Assembly: GCA_964016885.1 (NCBI GenBank)
Contig: OZ024743.1
Span: forward strand, 75,454,001-75,518,000
Direction of reading: 5' to 3'
DNA from: Eledone cirrhosa
Lineage: Eukaryota
Length of the DNA: 64,000 nt
Shown: positions 40,998 through 58,048 of the stretch, piece after piece
Layout of the letters: each line of letters opens with the position of its first letter
How positions within the stretch are numbered: position 1 is the first letter of the stretch
Notes under the pieces: model-generated
The model's input: only the letters and a program-made list of their open reading frames with translations
The model's database searches: none
What the model was told of the DNA's origin: nothing
Translations under genes and position numbers: made by a program

Positions 40998-42933
40998 TTT
41001 CTCATTCTGCCAATCTACTGCCCTATTTAAGACTAACAAAATAATAAAAACAAAACAACTTGTAATTAATAAATCTATTAAAAATGATTGAAATGAAATG
41101 TATTTATTTATATATTTTTATTCATTTGATTCAAAGGAGAATGAAACGGATATTTTATCTAAAAAAATATTGATTATCCTTATACAAAGCATTGAGATAT
41201 GGGGGTAAATGTGGGGCCATGTGGAGCAAAGTGAGCTGTGTGGTTAAATGTGGAGCAAAGTGGGTTGTGGGGCAATGTGGGTTTGGGGTTAAATGTGGAG
41301 CAAAGTGAGATGTGGAGCAAGTTGGGTTGTAGGGGCAAAGGAAAAGTTTTATTGATATAAGTAAAAACAAAACCAACAAACATAAACAACAACAAAAAAT
41401 ATCTGATATGTTGAAACATGGAATGTCTGACAACAGAGTACAGTGTCAATATTGTATATGTTAATGTAGACTAGACAGAGTACATAATGTGTTAATGTAG
41501 ACTAGATAGAGTACATAATGTGTTAATGTAGACTAGATAGAGTACATAATGTGTTAATGTAGACTAGACAGAGTACATTGTATATGTTAATGTAGACTAG
41601 ACAGTACATTATATATGTTAATGTAGACTAGACTACATTATATATGTTAATGTAGACTAGACAGTACATTATATATGTTAATGTAGACTAGACAGTACAT
41701 TATATATGTTAATGTAGACTAGACAGAGTACATTGTATATGTTAATGTAGACTAGACAGTACATAATGTGTTAATGTAGACTAGACAGAGTACATTGTAT
41801 ATGTTAATGTAGACTAGACAGTACATTATATATGTTAATGTAGACTAGACAGAGTACATTATATATGTTAATGTAGACTAGACAGTACATTATATATGTT
41901 AATGTAGACTAGACAGAGTACATTATATATGTTAATGTAGACTTGACAGTACATTATATATGTTAATGTAGACTTGACAGTACATTATATATGTTAATGT
42001 AGACTAGACAGAGTACATTATATATGTTAATGTAGACTAGACAGTACATTATATATGTTAATGTAGACTTGACAGTACATTAGATATGTTAATGTAGACT
42101 TGACAGTAAATTATATATGTTAATGTAGACTAGACAGTACATTATATATGTTAATGTAGACTTGACAGTACATTATATATGTTAATGTAGACTAGACAGT
42201 ACATTATATATGTTAATGTAGAATAGACAGTACATTATATATGTTAATGTAGACTAGACAGTACATTATATATGTTAATGTAGACTAGACAGTACATTAT
42301 ATATGTTAATGTAGACTTGACAGTACATTATATATGTTAATGTAGATTAGACAGTACATTATATATGTTAATGTAGACTTGACAGTACATTATATATGTT
42401 AATGTAGACTTGACAGTACATTATATATGTTAATGTAGACTAGACAGAGTACATAATATGTGTTAATGTATACTAGACAGAGTACATAATATGTGTTAAT
42501 GTATACTAGACAGAGTACATTATATATGTTAATGTAGACTAGACAGAGTACATAATATGTGTTAATGTATACTAGACAGAGTACATAATATGTGTTAATG
42601 TATACTAGACAGAGTACATTATATATGTTAATGTAGACTAGACAGTACATTATATATGTTAATGTAGACTAGACAGAGTACATTATATATGTTAATGTAG
42701 ACTTGACAGTACATTATATATGTTAATGTAGACTAGACAGTACATTATATATAGTTAATGTAGACTAGACAGAGTACATTATATATGTTAATGTAGACTT
42801 GACAGTACATTATATATGTTAATGTAGACTTGACAGTACATTATATATGTTAATGTAGACTTGACAGTACATTATATATGTTAATGTAGACTTGACAGTA
42901 CATTATATATGTTAATGTAGACTAGACAGAGTA

Positions 42934-43117
42934 TGTGGATTGGTAGTATAGGTAGAGGGTCGGACGCCATGCTTTGACGCAAAGAGTTACGGCCCTTTCC
43001 ATTCTGAGTTCAAATCCTGCCGAGGTTAACTTTGCCTTTCATCCTTACGGAGTAGATAAAATAAAGTACCAGTAATACAATGGGTAATTGCTGGCTTTGT
43101 GCCAAAAAATAGAAACA
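42934..43117 (+). mobile_element. tRNA-derived SINE embedded in satellite, copy 1
   Basis: Same family as 16354-16532; B-box GAGTTCAAATCC. Confidence 0.88.
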
Positions 43118-45517
43118 CTTATATATGTTAATGTAGACTAGACAGAGTACATTAGATATGTTAATGTAGACTAGACAGAGTACATTATATATGTTAATGT
43201 AGACTAGACAGAGTACATTATATATGTTAATGTAGACTAGACAGTACATTATATATGTTAATGTAGACTAGACAGTACATTATATATGTTAATGTAGACT
43301 AGACAGTACATTATATATGTTAATGTAGACTAGACAAAGTACATTATATATGTTAATGTAGACTTGACAGAGTACATTATATATGTTAATGTAGACTAGA
43401 CAGTACATTATATATGTTAATGTAGACTTGACAGTACATTATATATGTTAATGTAGACTTGACAGAGTACATTATATATGTTAATGTAGACTAGACAGAG
43501 TACATTATATATGTTAATGTAGACTTGACAGAGTACATTATATATGTTAATGTAGACTTGACAGAGTACATTATATATGTTAATGTAGACTAGACAGAGT
43601 ACATTATATATGTTAATGTAGACTAGACAGAGTACATTATATATGTTAATGTAGACTACACAGAGTACATTATATATGTTAATGTAGACTAGACAGAGTA
43701 CATTATATATGTTAATGTAGACTAGACAGTACATTATATATGTTAATGTAGACTTGACAGTACATTATATATGTTAATGTAGACTAGACAGAGTACATTA
43801 TATATGTTAATGTAGACTAGACAGAGTACATTATATATGTTAATGTAGACTAGACAGAGTACATTATATATGTTAATGTAGACTAGACAGAGAACATTAT
43901 ATATGTTAATGTAGACTAGACAGAGTACATTATATATGTTAATGTAGACTAGACAGAGTACATTATATATGTTAATGTAGACTAGACAGAGTACATTATA
44001 TATGTTAATGTAGACTAGACAGTACATTATATATGGTAATGTAGACTAGACAGAGTACATTATATATGTTAATGTAGACTAGACAGTACATTATATATGT
44101 TAATGTAGACTAGACAGTACATTATATATGTTAATGTAGACTAGACAGTACATTATATATAGTTAATGTAGACTAGACAGTACATTATATATGTTAATGT
44201 AGACTTGACAGGACATTATATATGTTAATGTAGACTAGACAGTACATTATATATGTTAATGTAGACTAGGCAGTACATTATATATGTTAATGTAGACTAG
44301 ACAGAGTACATTATATATGTTAATGTAGACTAGACAGAGTACATTATATATGTTAATGTAGACTAGACAGTACATTATATATGTTAATGTAGACTAGACA
44401 GAGTACATTATATATGTTAATGTAGACTTGACAGAGTACATTATATATGTTAATGTAGACTAGACAGTACATTATATATGTTAATGTAGACTTGACAGTA
44501 CATTAGATATGTTAATGTAGACTTGACAGTAAATTATATATGTTAATGTAGACTAGACAGTACATTATATATGTTAATGTAGACTAGACAGTACATTATA
44601 TATGTTAATGTAGACTAGACAGTACATTATATATGTTAATGTAGACTAGACAGTACATTATATATGTTAATGTAGACTAGACAGTACATTATATATGTTA
44701 ATGTAGACTTGACAGTACATTATATATGTTAATGTAGATTAGACAGTACATTATATATGTTAATGTAGACTTGACAGTACATTATATATGTTAATGTAGA
44801 CTTGACAGTACATTATATATGTTAATGTAGACTAGACAGAGTACATAATATGTGTTAATGTATACTAGACAGAGTACATAATATGTGTTAATGTATACTA
44901 GACAGAGTACATTATATATGTTAATGTAGACTAGACAGAGTACATAATATGTGTTAATGTATACTAGACAGAGTACATAATATGTGTTAATGTATACTAG
45001 ACAGAGTACATTATATATGTTAATGTAGACTAGACAGTACATTATATATGTTAATGTAGACTAGACAGAGTACATTATATATGTTAATGTCGACTTGACA
45101 GTACATTATATATGTTAATGTAGACTAGACAGTACATTATATATAGTTAATGTAGACTAGACAGAGTACATTATATATGTTAATGTAGACTTGACAGTAC
45201 ATTATATATGTTAATGTAGACTAGACAGTACATTATATATAGTTAATGTAGACTAGACAGAGTACATTATATATGTTAATGTAGACTTGACAGTACATTA
45301 TATATGTTAATGTAGACTTGACAGTACATTATATATGTTAATGTAGACTAGACAGTACATTATATATAGTTAATGTAGACTAGACAGAGTACATTATATA
45401 TGTTAATGTAGACTTGACAGTACATTATATATGTTAATGTAGACTTGACAGTACATTATATATGTTAATGTAGACTTGACAGTACATTATATATGTTAAT
45501 GTAGACTAGACAGAGTA

Positions 45518-45701
45518 TGTGGATTGGTAGTATAGGTAGAGGGTCAGACGCCATGCTTTGACGCAAAGAGTTACGGCCCTTTCCATTCTGAGTTCAAATC
45601 CTGCCGAGGTTAACTTTGCCTTTCATCCTTACGGAGTAGATAAAATAAAGTACCAGTAATACAATGGGTAATTGCTGGCTTTGTGCCAAAAAATAGAAAC
45701 A
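45518..45701 (+). mobile_element. Satellite-embedded SINE, copy 2
   Basis: Same junctions as copy 1. Confidence 0.88.
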
Positions 45702-48700
45702 CTTATATATGTTAATGTAGACTAGACAGAGTACATTAGATATGTTAATGTAGACTAGACAGAGTACATTATATATGTTAATGTAGACTAGACAGTACAT
45801 TATATATGTTAATGTAGACTAGACAGTACATTATATATGTTAATGTAGACTAGACAGTACATTATATATGTTAATGTAGACTAGACAAAGTACATTATAT
45901 ATGTTAATGTAGACTTGACAGAGTACATTATATATGTTAATGTAGACTAGACAGTACATTATATATGTTAATGTAGACTTGACAGTACATTATATATGTT
46001 AATGTAGACTTGACAGAGTACATTATATATGTTAATGTAGACTAGACAGAGTACATTATATATGTTAATGTAGACTTGACAGAGTACATTATATATGTTA
46101 ATGTAGACTTGACAGAGTACATTATATATGTTAATGTAGACTAGACAGAGTACATTATATATGTTAATGTAGACTACACAGAGTACATTATATATGTTAA
46201 TGTAGACTAGACAGAGTACATTATATATGTTAATGTAGACTAGACAGTACATTATATATGTTAATGTAGACTTGACAGTACATTATATATGTTAATGTAG
46301 ACTTGACAGTACATTATATATGTTAATGTAGACTAGACAGAGTACATTATATATGTTAATGTAGACTAGACAGAGTACATTATATATGTTAATGTAGACT
46401 AGACAGAGAACATTATATATGTTAATGTAGACTAGACAGAGTACATTATATATGTTAATGTAGACTAGACAGAGTACATTATATATGTTAATGTAGACTA
46501 GACAGAGTACATTATATATGTTAATGTAGACTAGACAGTACATTATATATGGTAATGTAGACTAGACAGTACATTATATATGTTAATGTAGACTAGACAG
46601 TACATTATATATAGTTAATGTAGACTAGACAGTACATTATATATGTTAATGTAGACTTGACAGTACATTATATATGTTAATGTAGACTAGACAGTACATT
46701 ATATATGTTAATGTAGACTAGGCAGTACATTATATATGTTAATGTAGACTAGACAGAGTACATTATATATGTTAATGTAGACTAGACAGAGTACATTATA
46801 TATGTTAATGTAGACTAGACAGTACATTATATATGTTAATGTAGACTAGACAGAGTACATTATATATGTTAATGTAGACTTGACAGAGTACATTATATAT
46901 GTTAATGTAGACTAGACAGTACATTATATATGTTAATGTAGACTAGACAGTACATTATATATGTTAATGTAGACTAGACAGTACATTATATATGTTAATG
47001 TAGACTAGACAGTACATTATATATGTTAATGTAGACTTGACAGTACATTATATATGTTAATGTAGACTAGACAGTACATTATATATAGTTAATGTAGAGT
47101 TGACAGTACATTATATATGTTAATGTAGACTAGACAGAGTACATTATATATGTTAATGTAGACTAGACAGAGTACATTATATATGTTAATGTAGACTAGA
47201 CAGAGTACATTATATATGTTAATGTAGACTAGACAGAGTACATTATATATGTTAATGTAGACTAGACAGTACATTATATATGTTAATGTAGACTAGACAG
47301 AGTACATTATATATGTTAATGTAGACTAGACAGTACATTATATATGTTAATGTAGACTAGACAGAGAACATTATATATGTTAATGTAGACTAGACAGAGT
47401 ACATTATATATGTTAATGTAGACTAGACAGAGTACATTATATATGTTAATGTAGACTAGACAGAGTACATTATATATGTTAATGTAGACTAGACAGAGTA
47501 CATTATATATGTTAATGTAGACTTGACAGTACATTATATATGTTAATGTAGACTTGACAGTACATTATATATGTTAATGTAGACTAGACAGTACATTATA
47601 TATGTTAATGTAGACTAGACAGTACATTATATATGTTAATGTAGACTAGACAGAGTACATTATATATGTTAATGTAGACTAGACAGTACATTATATATGT
47701 TAATGTAGACTAGACAGTACATTATATATGTTAATGTAGACTAGACAGTACATTATATATGTTAATGTAGACTTGACAGTACATTATATATGTTAATGTA
47801 GACTAGACAGTACATTATATATGTTAATGTAGACTAGACAGAGTACATTATATATGTTAATGTAGACTAGACAGTACATTATATATGGTAATGTAGACTA
47901 GACAGAGTACATTATATATGTTAATGTAGACTAGACAGTACATTATATATGTTAATGTAGACTAGACAGTACATTATATATGTTAATGTAGACTAGACAG
48001 TACATTATATATAGTTAATGTAGACTAGACAGTACATTATATATGTTAATGTAGACTTGACAGTACATTATATATGTTAATGTAGACTAGACAGTACATT
48101 ATATATGTTAATGTAGACTAGGCAGTACATTATATATGTTAATGTAGACTAGACAGAGTACATTATATATGTTAATGTAGACTAGACAGAGTACATTATA
48201 TATGTTAATGTAGACTAGACAGTACATTATATATGTTAATGTAGACTAGACAGAGTACATTATATATGTTAATGTAGACTTGACAGAGTACATTATATAT
48301 GTTAATGTAGACTAGACAGTACATTATATATGTTAATGTAGACTTGACAGTACATTAGATATGTTAATGTAGACTTGACAGTAAATTATATATGTTAATG
48401 TAGACTAGACAGTACATTATATATGTTAATGTAGACTAGACAGTACATTATATATGTTAATGTAGACTAGACAGTACATTATATATGTTAATGTAGACTA
48501 GACAGTACATTATATATGTTAATGTAGACTAGACAGTACATTATATATGTTAATGTAGACTTGACAGTACATTATATATGTTAATGTAGATTAGACAGTA
48601 CATTATATATGTTAATGTAGACTTGACAGTACATTATATATGTTAATGTAGACTTGACAGTACATTATATATGTTAATGTAGACTAGACAGAGTACATAA

Positions 48701-49369
48701 TATGTGTTAATGTATACTAGACAGAGTACATAATATGTGTTAATGTATACTAGACAGAGTACATTATATATGTTAATGTAGACTAGACAGAGTACATAAT
48801 ATGTGTTAATGTATACTAGACAGAGTACATAATATGTGTTAATGTATACTAGACAGAGTACATTATATATGTTAATGTAGACTAGACAGTACATTATATA
48901 TGTTAATGTAGACTAGACAGAGTACATTATATATGTTAATGTCGACTTGACAGTACATTATATATGTTAATGTAGACTAGACAGTACATTATATATAGTT
49001 AATGTAGACTAGACAGAGTACATTATATATGTTAATGTAGACTTGACAGTACATTATATATGTTAATGTAGACTAGACAGTACATTATATATAGTTAATG
49101 TAGACTAGACAGAGTACATTATATATGTTAATGTAGACTTGACAGTACATTATATATGTTAATGTAGACTTGACAGTACATTATATATGTTAATGTAGAC
49201 TAGACAGTACATTATATATAGTTAATGTAGACTAGACAGAGTACATTATATATGTTAATGTAGACTTGACAGTACATTATATATGTTAATGTAGACTTGA
49301 CAGTACATTATATATGTTAATGTAGACTTGACAGTACATTATATATGTTAATGTAGACTAGACAGAGTA

Positions 49370-49553
49370 TGTGGATTGGTAGTATAGGTAGAGGGTCAGA
49401 CGCCATGCTTTGACGCAAAGAGTTACGGCCCTTTCCATTCTGAGTTCAAATCCTGCCGAGGTTAACTTTGCCTTTCATCCTTACGGAGTAGATAAAATAA
49501 AGTACCAGTAATACAATGGGTAATTGCTGGCTTTGTGCCAAAAAATAGAAACA
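49370..49553 (+). mobile_element. Satellite-embedded SINE, copy 3
   Basis: Same junctions as copy 1. Confidence 0.88.
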
Positions 49554-52500
49554 CTTATATATGTTAATGTAGACTAGACAGAGTACATTAGATATGTTAA
49601 TGTAGACTAGACAGAGTACATTATATATGTTAATGTAGACTAGACAGTACATTATATATGTTAATGTAGACTAGACAGTACATTATATATGTTAATGTAG
49701 ACTAGACAGTACATTATATATGTTAATGTAGACTAGACAAAGTACATTATATATGTTAATGTAGACTTGACAGAGTACATTATATATGTTAATGTAGACT
49801 AGACAGAGTACATTATATATGTTAATGTAGACTTGACAGTACATTATATATGTTAATGTAGACTTGACAGAGTACATTATATATGTTAATGTAGACTAGA
49901 CAGAGTACATTATATATGTTAATGTAGACTTGACAGAGTACATTATATATGTTAATGTAGACTTGACAGAGTACATTATATATGTTAATGTAGACTAGAC
50001 AGAGTACATTATATATGTTAATGTAGACTACACAGAGTACATTATATATGTTAATGTAGACTAGACAGAGTACATTATATATGTTAATGTAGACTAGACA
50101 GTACATTATATATGTTAATGTAGACTTGACAGTACATTATATATGTTAATGTAGACTTGACAGTACATTATATATGTTAATGTAGACTAGACAGAGTACA
50201 TTATATATGTTAATGTAGACTAGACAGAGTACATTATATATGTTAATGTAGACTAGACAGAGAACATTATATATGTTAATGTAGACTAGACAGAGTACAT
50301 TATATATGTTAATGTAGACTAGACAGAGTACATTATATATGTTAATGTAGACTAGACAGAGTACATTATATATGTTAATGTAGACTAGACAGTACATTAT
50401 ATATGGTAATGTAGACTAGACAGTACATTATATATGTTAATGTAGACTAGACAGTACATTATATATAGTTAATGTAGACTAGACAGTACATTATATATGT
50501 TAATGTAGACTTGACAGTACATTATATATGTTAATGTAGACTAGACAGTACATTATATATGTTAATGTAGACTAGGCAGTACATTATATATGTTAATGTA
50601 GACTAGACAGAGTACATTATATATGTTAATGTAGACTAGACAGAGTACATTATATATGTTAATGTAGACTAGACAGTACATTATATATGTTAATGTAGAC
50701 TAGACAGAGTACATTATATATGTTAATGTAGACTTGACAGAGTACATTATATATGTTAATGTAGACTAGACAGTACATTATATATGTTAATGTAGACTAG
50801 ACAGTACATTATATATGTTAATGTAGACTAGACAGTACATTATATATGTTAATGTAGACTAGACAGTACATTATATATGTTAATGTAGACTTGACAGTAC
50901 ATTATATATGTTAATGTAGACTAGACAGTACATTATATATAGTTAATGTAGAGTTGACAGTACATTATATATGTTAATGTAGACTAGACAGAGTACATTA
51001 TATATGTTAATGTAGACTAGACAGAGTACATTATATATGTTAATGTAGACTAGACAGAGTACATTATATATGTTAATGTAGACTAGACAGAGTACATTAT
51101 ATATGTTAATGTAGACTAGACAGTACATTATATATGTTAATGTAGACTAGACAGAGTACATTATATATGTTAATGTAGACTAGACAGTACATTATATATG
51201 TTAATGTAGACTAGACAGAGAACATTATATATGTTAATGTAGACTAGACAGAGTACATTATATATGTTAATGTAGACTAGACAGAGTACATTATATATGT
51301 TAATGTAGACTAGACAGAGTACATTATATATGTTAATGTAGACTAGACAGAGTACATTATATATGTTAATGTAGACTTGACAGTACATTATATATGTTAA
51401 TGTAGACTTGACAGTACATTATATATGTTAATGTAGACTAGACAGTACATTATATATGTTAATGTAGACTAGACAGTACATTATATATGTTAATGTAGAC
51501 TAGACAGAGTACATTATATATGTTAATGTAGACTAGACAGTACATTATATATGTTAATGTAGACTAGACAGTACATTATATATGTTAATGTAGACTAGAC
51601 AGTACATTATATATGTTAATGTAGACTTGACAGTACATTATATATGTTAATGTAGACTAGACAGTACATTATATATGTTAATGTAGACTAGACAGAGTAC
51701 ATTATATATGTTAATGTAGACTAGACAGAGTACATTATATATGTTAATGTAGACTTGACAGTACATTATATATGTTAATGTAGACTAGACAGTACATTAT
51801 ATATGTTAATGTAGACTAGGCAGTACATTATATATGTTAATGTAGACTAGACAGAGTACATTATATATGTTAATGTAGACTAGACAGAGTACATTATATA
51901 TGTTAATGTAGACTAGACAGTACATTATATATGTTAATGTAGACTAGACAGAGTACATTATATATGTTAATGTAGACTTGACAGAGTACATTATATATGT
52001 TAATGTAGACTTGACAGTACATTAGATATGTTAATGTAGACTTGACAGTAAATTATATATGTTAATGTAGACTAGACAGTACATTATATATGTTAATGTA
52101 GACTAGACAGTACATTATATATGTTAATGTAGACTAGACAGTACATTATATATGTTAATGTAGACTAGACAGTACATTATATATGTTAATGTAGACTAGA
52201 CAGTACATTATATATGTTAATGTAGACTTGACAGTACATTATATATGTTAATGTAGATTAGACAGTACATTATATATGTTAATGTAGACTTGACAGTACA
52301 TTATATATGTTAATGTAGACTTGACAGTACATTATATATGTTAATGTAGACTAGACAGAGTACATAATATGTGTTAATGTATACTAGACAGAGTACATAA
52401 TATGTGTTAATGTATACTAGACAGAGTACATTATATATGTTAATGTAGACTAGACAGAGTACATAATATGTGTTAATGTATACTAGACAGAGTACATAAT

Positions 52501-53098
52501 ATGTGTTAATGTATACTAGACAGAGTACATTATATATGTTAATGTAGACTAGACAGTACATTATATATGTTAATGTAGACTAGACAGAGTACATTATATA
52601 TGTTAATGTAGACTTGACAGTACATTATATATGTTAATGTAGACTAGACAGTACATTATATATAGTTAATGTAGACTAGACAGAGTACATTATATATGTT
52701 AATGTAGACTTGACAGTACATTATATATGTTAATGTAGACTAGACAGTACATTATATATAGTTAATGTAGACTAGACAGAGTACATTATATATGTTAATG
52801 TAGACTTGACAGTACATTATATATGTTAATGTAGACTTGACAGTACATTATATATGTTAATGTAGACTAGACAGTACATTATATATAGTTAATGTAGACT
52901 AGACAGAGTACATTATATATGTTAATGTAGACTTGACAGTACATTATATATGTTAATGTAGACTTGACAGTACATTATATATGTTAATGTAGACTTGACA
53001 GTACATTATATATGTTAATGTAGACTTGACAGTACATTATATATGTTAATGTAGACTTGACAGTACATTATATATGTTAATGTAGACTAGACAGAGTA

Positions 53099-53282
53099 TG
53101 TGGATTGGTAGTATAGGTAGAGGGTCAGACGCCATGCTTTGACGCAAAGAGTTACGGCCCTTTCCATTCTGAGTTCAAATCCTGCCGAGGTTAACTTTGC
53201 CTTTCATCCTTACGGAGTAGATAAAATAAAGTACCAGTAATACAATGGGTAATTGCTGGCTTTGTGCCAAAAAATAGAAACA
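53099..53282 (+). mobile_element. Satellite-embedded SINE, copy 4
   Basis: Same junctions as copy 1. Confidence 0.88.
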
Positions 53283-56200
53283 CTTATATATGTTAATGTA
53301 GACTAGACAGAGTACATTAGATATGTTAATGTAGACTAGACAGAGTACATTATATATGTTAATGTAGACTAGACAGTACATTATATATGTTAATGTAGAC
53401 TAGACAGTACATTATATATGTTAATGTAGACTAGACAGTACATTATATATGTTAATGTAGACTAGACAGTACATTATATATGTTAATGTAGACTAGACAA
53501 AGTACATTATATATGTTAATGTAGACTTGACAGAGTACATTATATATGTTAATGTAGACTAGACAGTACATTATATATGTTAATGTAGACTTGACAGTAC
53601 ATTATATATGTTAATGTAGACTTGACAGAGTACATTATATATGTTAATGTAGACTAGACAGAGTACATTATATATGTTAATGTAGACTTGACAGAGTACA
53701 TTATATATGTTAATGTAGACTTGACAGAGTACATTATATATGTTAATGTAGACTACACAGAGTACATTATATATGTTAATGTAGACTAGATAGAGTACAT
53801 TATATATGTTAATGTAGACTAGACAGTACATTATATATGTTAATGTAGACTTGACAGTACATTATATATGTTAATGTAGACTTGACAGTACATTATATAT
53901 GTTAATGTAGACTAGACAGAGTACATTATATATGTTAATGTAGACTAGACAGAGTACATTATATATGTTAATGTAGACTAGACAGAGAACATTATATATG
54001 TTAATGTAGACTAGACAGAGTACGTTATATATGTTAATGTAGACTAGACAGAGTACATTATATATGTTAATGTAGACTAGACAGAGTACATTATATATGT
54101 TAATGTAGACTAGACAGTACATTATATATGGTAATGTAGACTAGACAGTACATTATATATGTTAATGTAGACTAGACAGTACATTATATATAGTTAATGT
54201 AGACTAGACAGTACATTATATATGTTAATGTAGACTTGACAGTACATTATATATGTTAATGTAGACTAGACAGTACATTATATATGTTAATGTAGACTAG
54301 GCAGTACATTATATATGTTAATGTAGACTAGACAGAGTACATTATATATGTTAATGTAGACTAGACAGAGTACATTATATATGTTAATGTAGACTAGACA
54401 GTACATTATATATGTTAATGTAGACTAGACAGAGTACATTATATATGTTAATGTAGACTTGACAGAGTACATTATATATGTTAATGTAGACTAGACAGTA
54501 CATTATATATGTTAATGTAGACTAGACAGTACATTATATATGTTAATGTAGACTAGACAGTACATTATATATGTTAATGTAGACTAGACAGTACATTATA
54601 TATGTTAATGTAGACTTGACAGTACATTATATATGTTAATGTAGACTAGACAGTACATTATATATAGTTAATGTAGAGTTGACAGTACATTATATATGTT
54701 AATGTAGACTAGACAGAGTACATTATATATGTTAATGTAGACTAGACAGAGTACATTATATATGTTAATGTAGACTAGACAGAGTACATTATATATGTTA
54801 ATGTAGACTAGACAGAGTACATTATATATGTTAATGTAGACTAGAGAGTACATTATATATAGTTAATGTAGACTAGACAGTACATTATATATGTTAATGT
54901 AGACTAGACAGAGTACATTATATATGTTAATGTAGACTAGACAGTACATTATATATGTTAATGTAGACTAGACAGAGAACATTATATATGTTAATGTAGA
55001 CTAGACAGAGTACATTATATATGTTAATGTAGACTAGACAGAGTACATTATATATGTTAATGTAGACTAGACAGAGTACATTATATATGTTAATGTAGAC
55101 TAGACAGAGTACATTATATATGTTAATGTAGACTTGACAGTACATTATATATGTTAATGTAGACTTGACAGTACATTATATATGTTAATGTAGACTAGAC
55201 AGTACATTATATATGTTAATGTAGACTAGACAGTACATTATATATGTTAATGTAGACTAGACAGAGTACATTATATATGTTAATGTAGACTAGACAGTAC
55301 ATTATATATGTTAATGTAGACTAGACAGTACATTATATATGTTAATGTAGACTAGACAGTACATTATATATGTTAATGTAGACTAGACAGAGTACATTAT
55401 ATATGTTAATGTAGACTAGACAGTACATTATATATGTTAATGTAGACTAGACAGAGAACATTATATATGTTAATGTAGACTAGACAGAGTACATTATATA
55501 TGTTAATGTAGACTAGACAGAGTACATTATATATGTTAATGTAGACTAGACAGAGTACATTATATATGTTAATGTAGACTAGACAGAGTACATTATATAT
55601 GTTAATGTAGACTTGACAGTACATTATATATGTTAATGTAGACTTGACAGTACATTATATATGTTAATGTAGACTAGACAGTACATTATATATGTTAATG
55701 TAGACTAGACAGTACATTATATATGTTAATGTAGACTAGACAGAGTACATTATATATGTTAATGTAGACTAGACAGTACATTATATATGTTAATGTAGAC
55801 TAGACAGTACATTATATATGTTAATGTAGACTTGACAGTACATTATATATGTTAATGTAGACTAGACAGTACATTATATATAGTTAATGTAGACTAAACA
55901 GTACATTATATATGTTAATGTAGACTAGACAGTACATTATATATAGTTAATGTAGACTAGACAGTACATTATATATGTTAATGTAGACTTGACAGTACAT
56001 TATATATGTTAATGTAGACTAGACAGTACATTATATATGTTAATGTAGACTAGACAGAGTACATTATATATATTAATGTAGACTAGACAGAGTACATTAT
56101 ATATGTTAATGTAGACTAGACAGTACATTATATATAGTTAATGTAGACTAGACAGTACATTATATATGTTAATGTAGACTAGACAGTACATTATATATGT

Positions 56201-57864
56201 TAATGTAGACTAGACAGAGTACATTATATATGTTAATGTAGACTAGACAGAGTACATTATATATGTTAATGTAGACTAGACAGAGTACATTATATATGTT
56301 AATGTAGACTTGACAGTACATTATATATGTTAATGTAGACTTGACAGTACATTATATATGTTAATGTAGACTAGACAGTACATTATATATGTTAATGTAG
56401 ACTAGACAGTACATTATATATGTTAATGTAGACTAGACAGAGTACATTATATATGTTAATGTAGACTATACAGTACATTATATATGTTAATGTAGACTAG
56501 ACAGTACATTATATATGTTAATGTAGACTTGACAGTACATTATATATGTTAATGTAGACTTGACAGTACATTATATATGTTAATGTAGACTAGACAGTAC
56601 ATTATATATGTTAATGTAGACTTGACAGAGTACATTATATATGTTAATGTAGACTAGACAGTACATTATATATGTTAATGTAGACTAGACAGTACATTAT
56701 ATATGTTAATGTAGACTAGACAGAGTACATTATATATGTTAATGTAGACTTGACAGAGTACATTATATATGTTAATGTAGACTAGACAGTATATTATATA
56801 TGTTAATGTAGACTAGACAGTACATTATATATGTTAATGTAGACTTGACAGTACATTATATATGTTAATGTAGACTAGACAGTACATTATATGTAGTTAA
56901 TGTAGACTAGACAGTACATTATATATGTTAATGTAGACTAGACAGTACATTATATATAGTTAATGTAGACTAGACAGTACATTATATATGTTAATGTAGA
57001 CTTGACAGTACATTATATATGTTAATGTAGACTAGACAGTACATTATATATGTTAATGTAGACTAGACAGAGTACATTATATATGTTAATGTAGACTAGA
57101 CAGAGTACATTATATATGTTAATGTAGACTTGACAGTACATTATATATGTTAATGTAGACTAGACAGAGTACATTATATATGTTAATGTAGACTTGACAG
57201 TACATTATATATGTTAATGTAGACTAAACAGTACATTATATATGTTAATGTAGACTTGACAGTACATTATATATGTTAATGTAGACTAGACAGAGTACAT
57301 TATATATGTTAATGTAGACTTGACAGAGTACATTATATATGTTAATGTAGACTAGACAGTACATTATATATGTTAATGTAGACTAGACAGTACATTATAT
57401 ATGTTAATGTAGACTTGACAGTACATTATATATGTTAATGTAGACTAGACAGTACATTATATATAGTTAATGTAGACTAGACAGTACATTATATATGTTA
57501 ATGTAGACTAGACAGTACATTATATATAGTTAATGTAGACTAGACAGTACATTATATATGTTAATGTAGACTTGACAGTACATTATATATGTTAATGTAG
57601 ACTTGACAGTACATTATATATGTTAATGTAGACTAGACAGTACATTATATATAGTTAATGTAGACTAGACAGAGTACATTATATATGTTAATGTAGACTT
57701 GACAGTACATTATATATGTTAATGTAGACTTGACAGTACATTATATATGTTAATGTAGACTTGACAGTACATTATATATGTTAATGTAGACTTGACAGTA
57801 CATTATATATGTTAATGTAGACTTGACAGTACATTATATATGTTAATGTAGACTAGACAGAGTA

Positions 57865-58048
57865 TGTGGATTGGTAGTATAGGTAGAGGGTCAGACGCCA
57901 TGCTTTGACGCAATGAGTTACGGCCCTTTCCATTCTGAGTTCAAATCCTGCCGAGGTTAACTTTGCCTTTCATCCTTACGGAGTAGATAAAATAAAGTAC
58001 CAGTAATACAATGGGTAATTGCTGGCTTTGTGCCAAAAAATAGAAACA
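57865..58048 (+). mobile_element. Satellite-embedded SINE, copy 5
   Basis: Same junctions as copy 1; one private substitution (GCAATGAG). Confidence 0.88.

Noticed and set aside
41200-41340. G-rich degenerate AAATGTGGAGCAAAGTG repeats as telomeric or G4 element
   Set aside because: Too short and irregular, not TTAGGG arrays; no supportable function.
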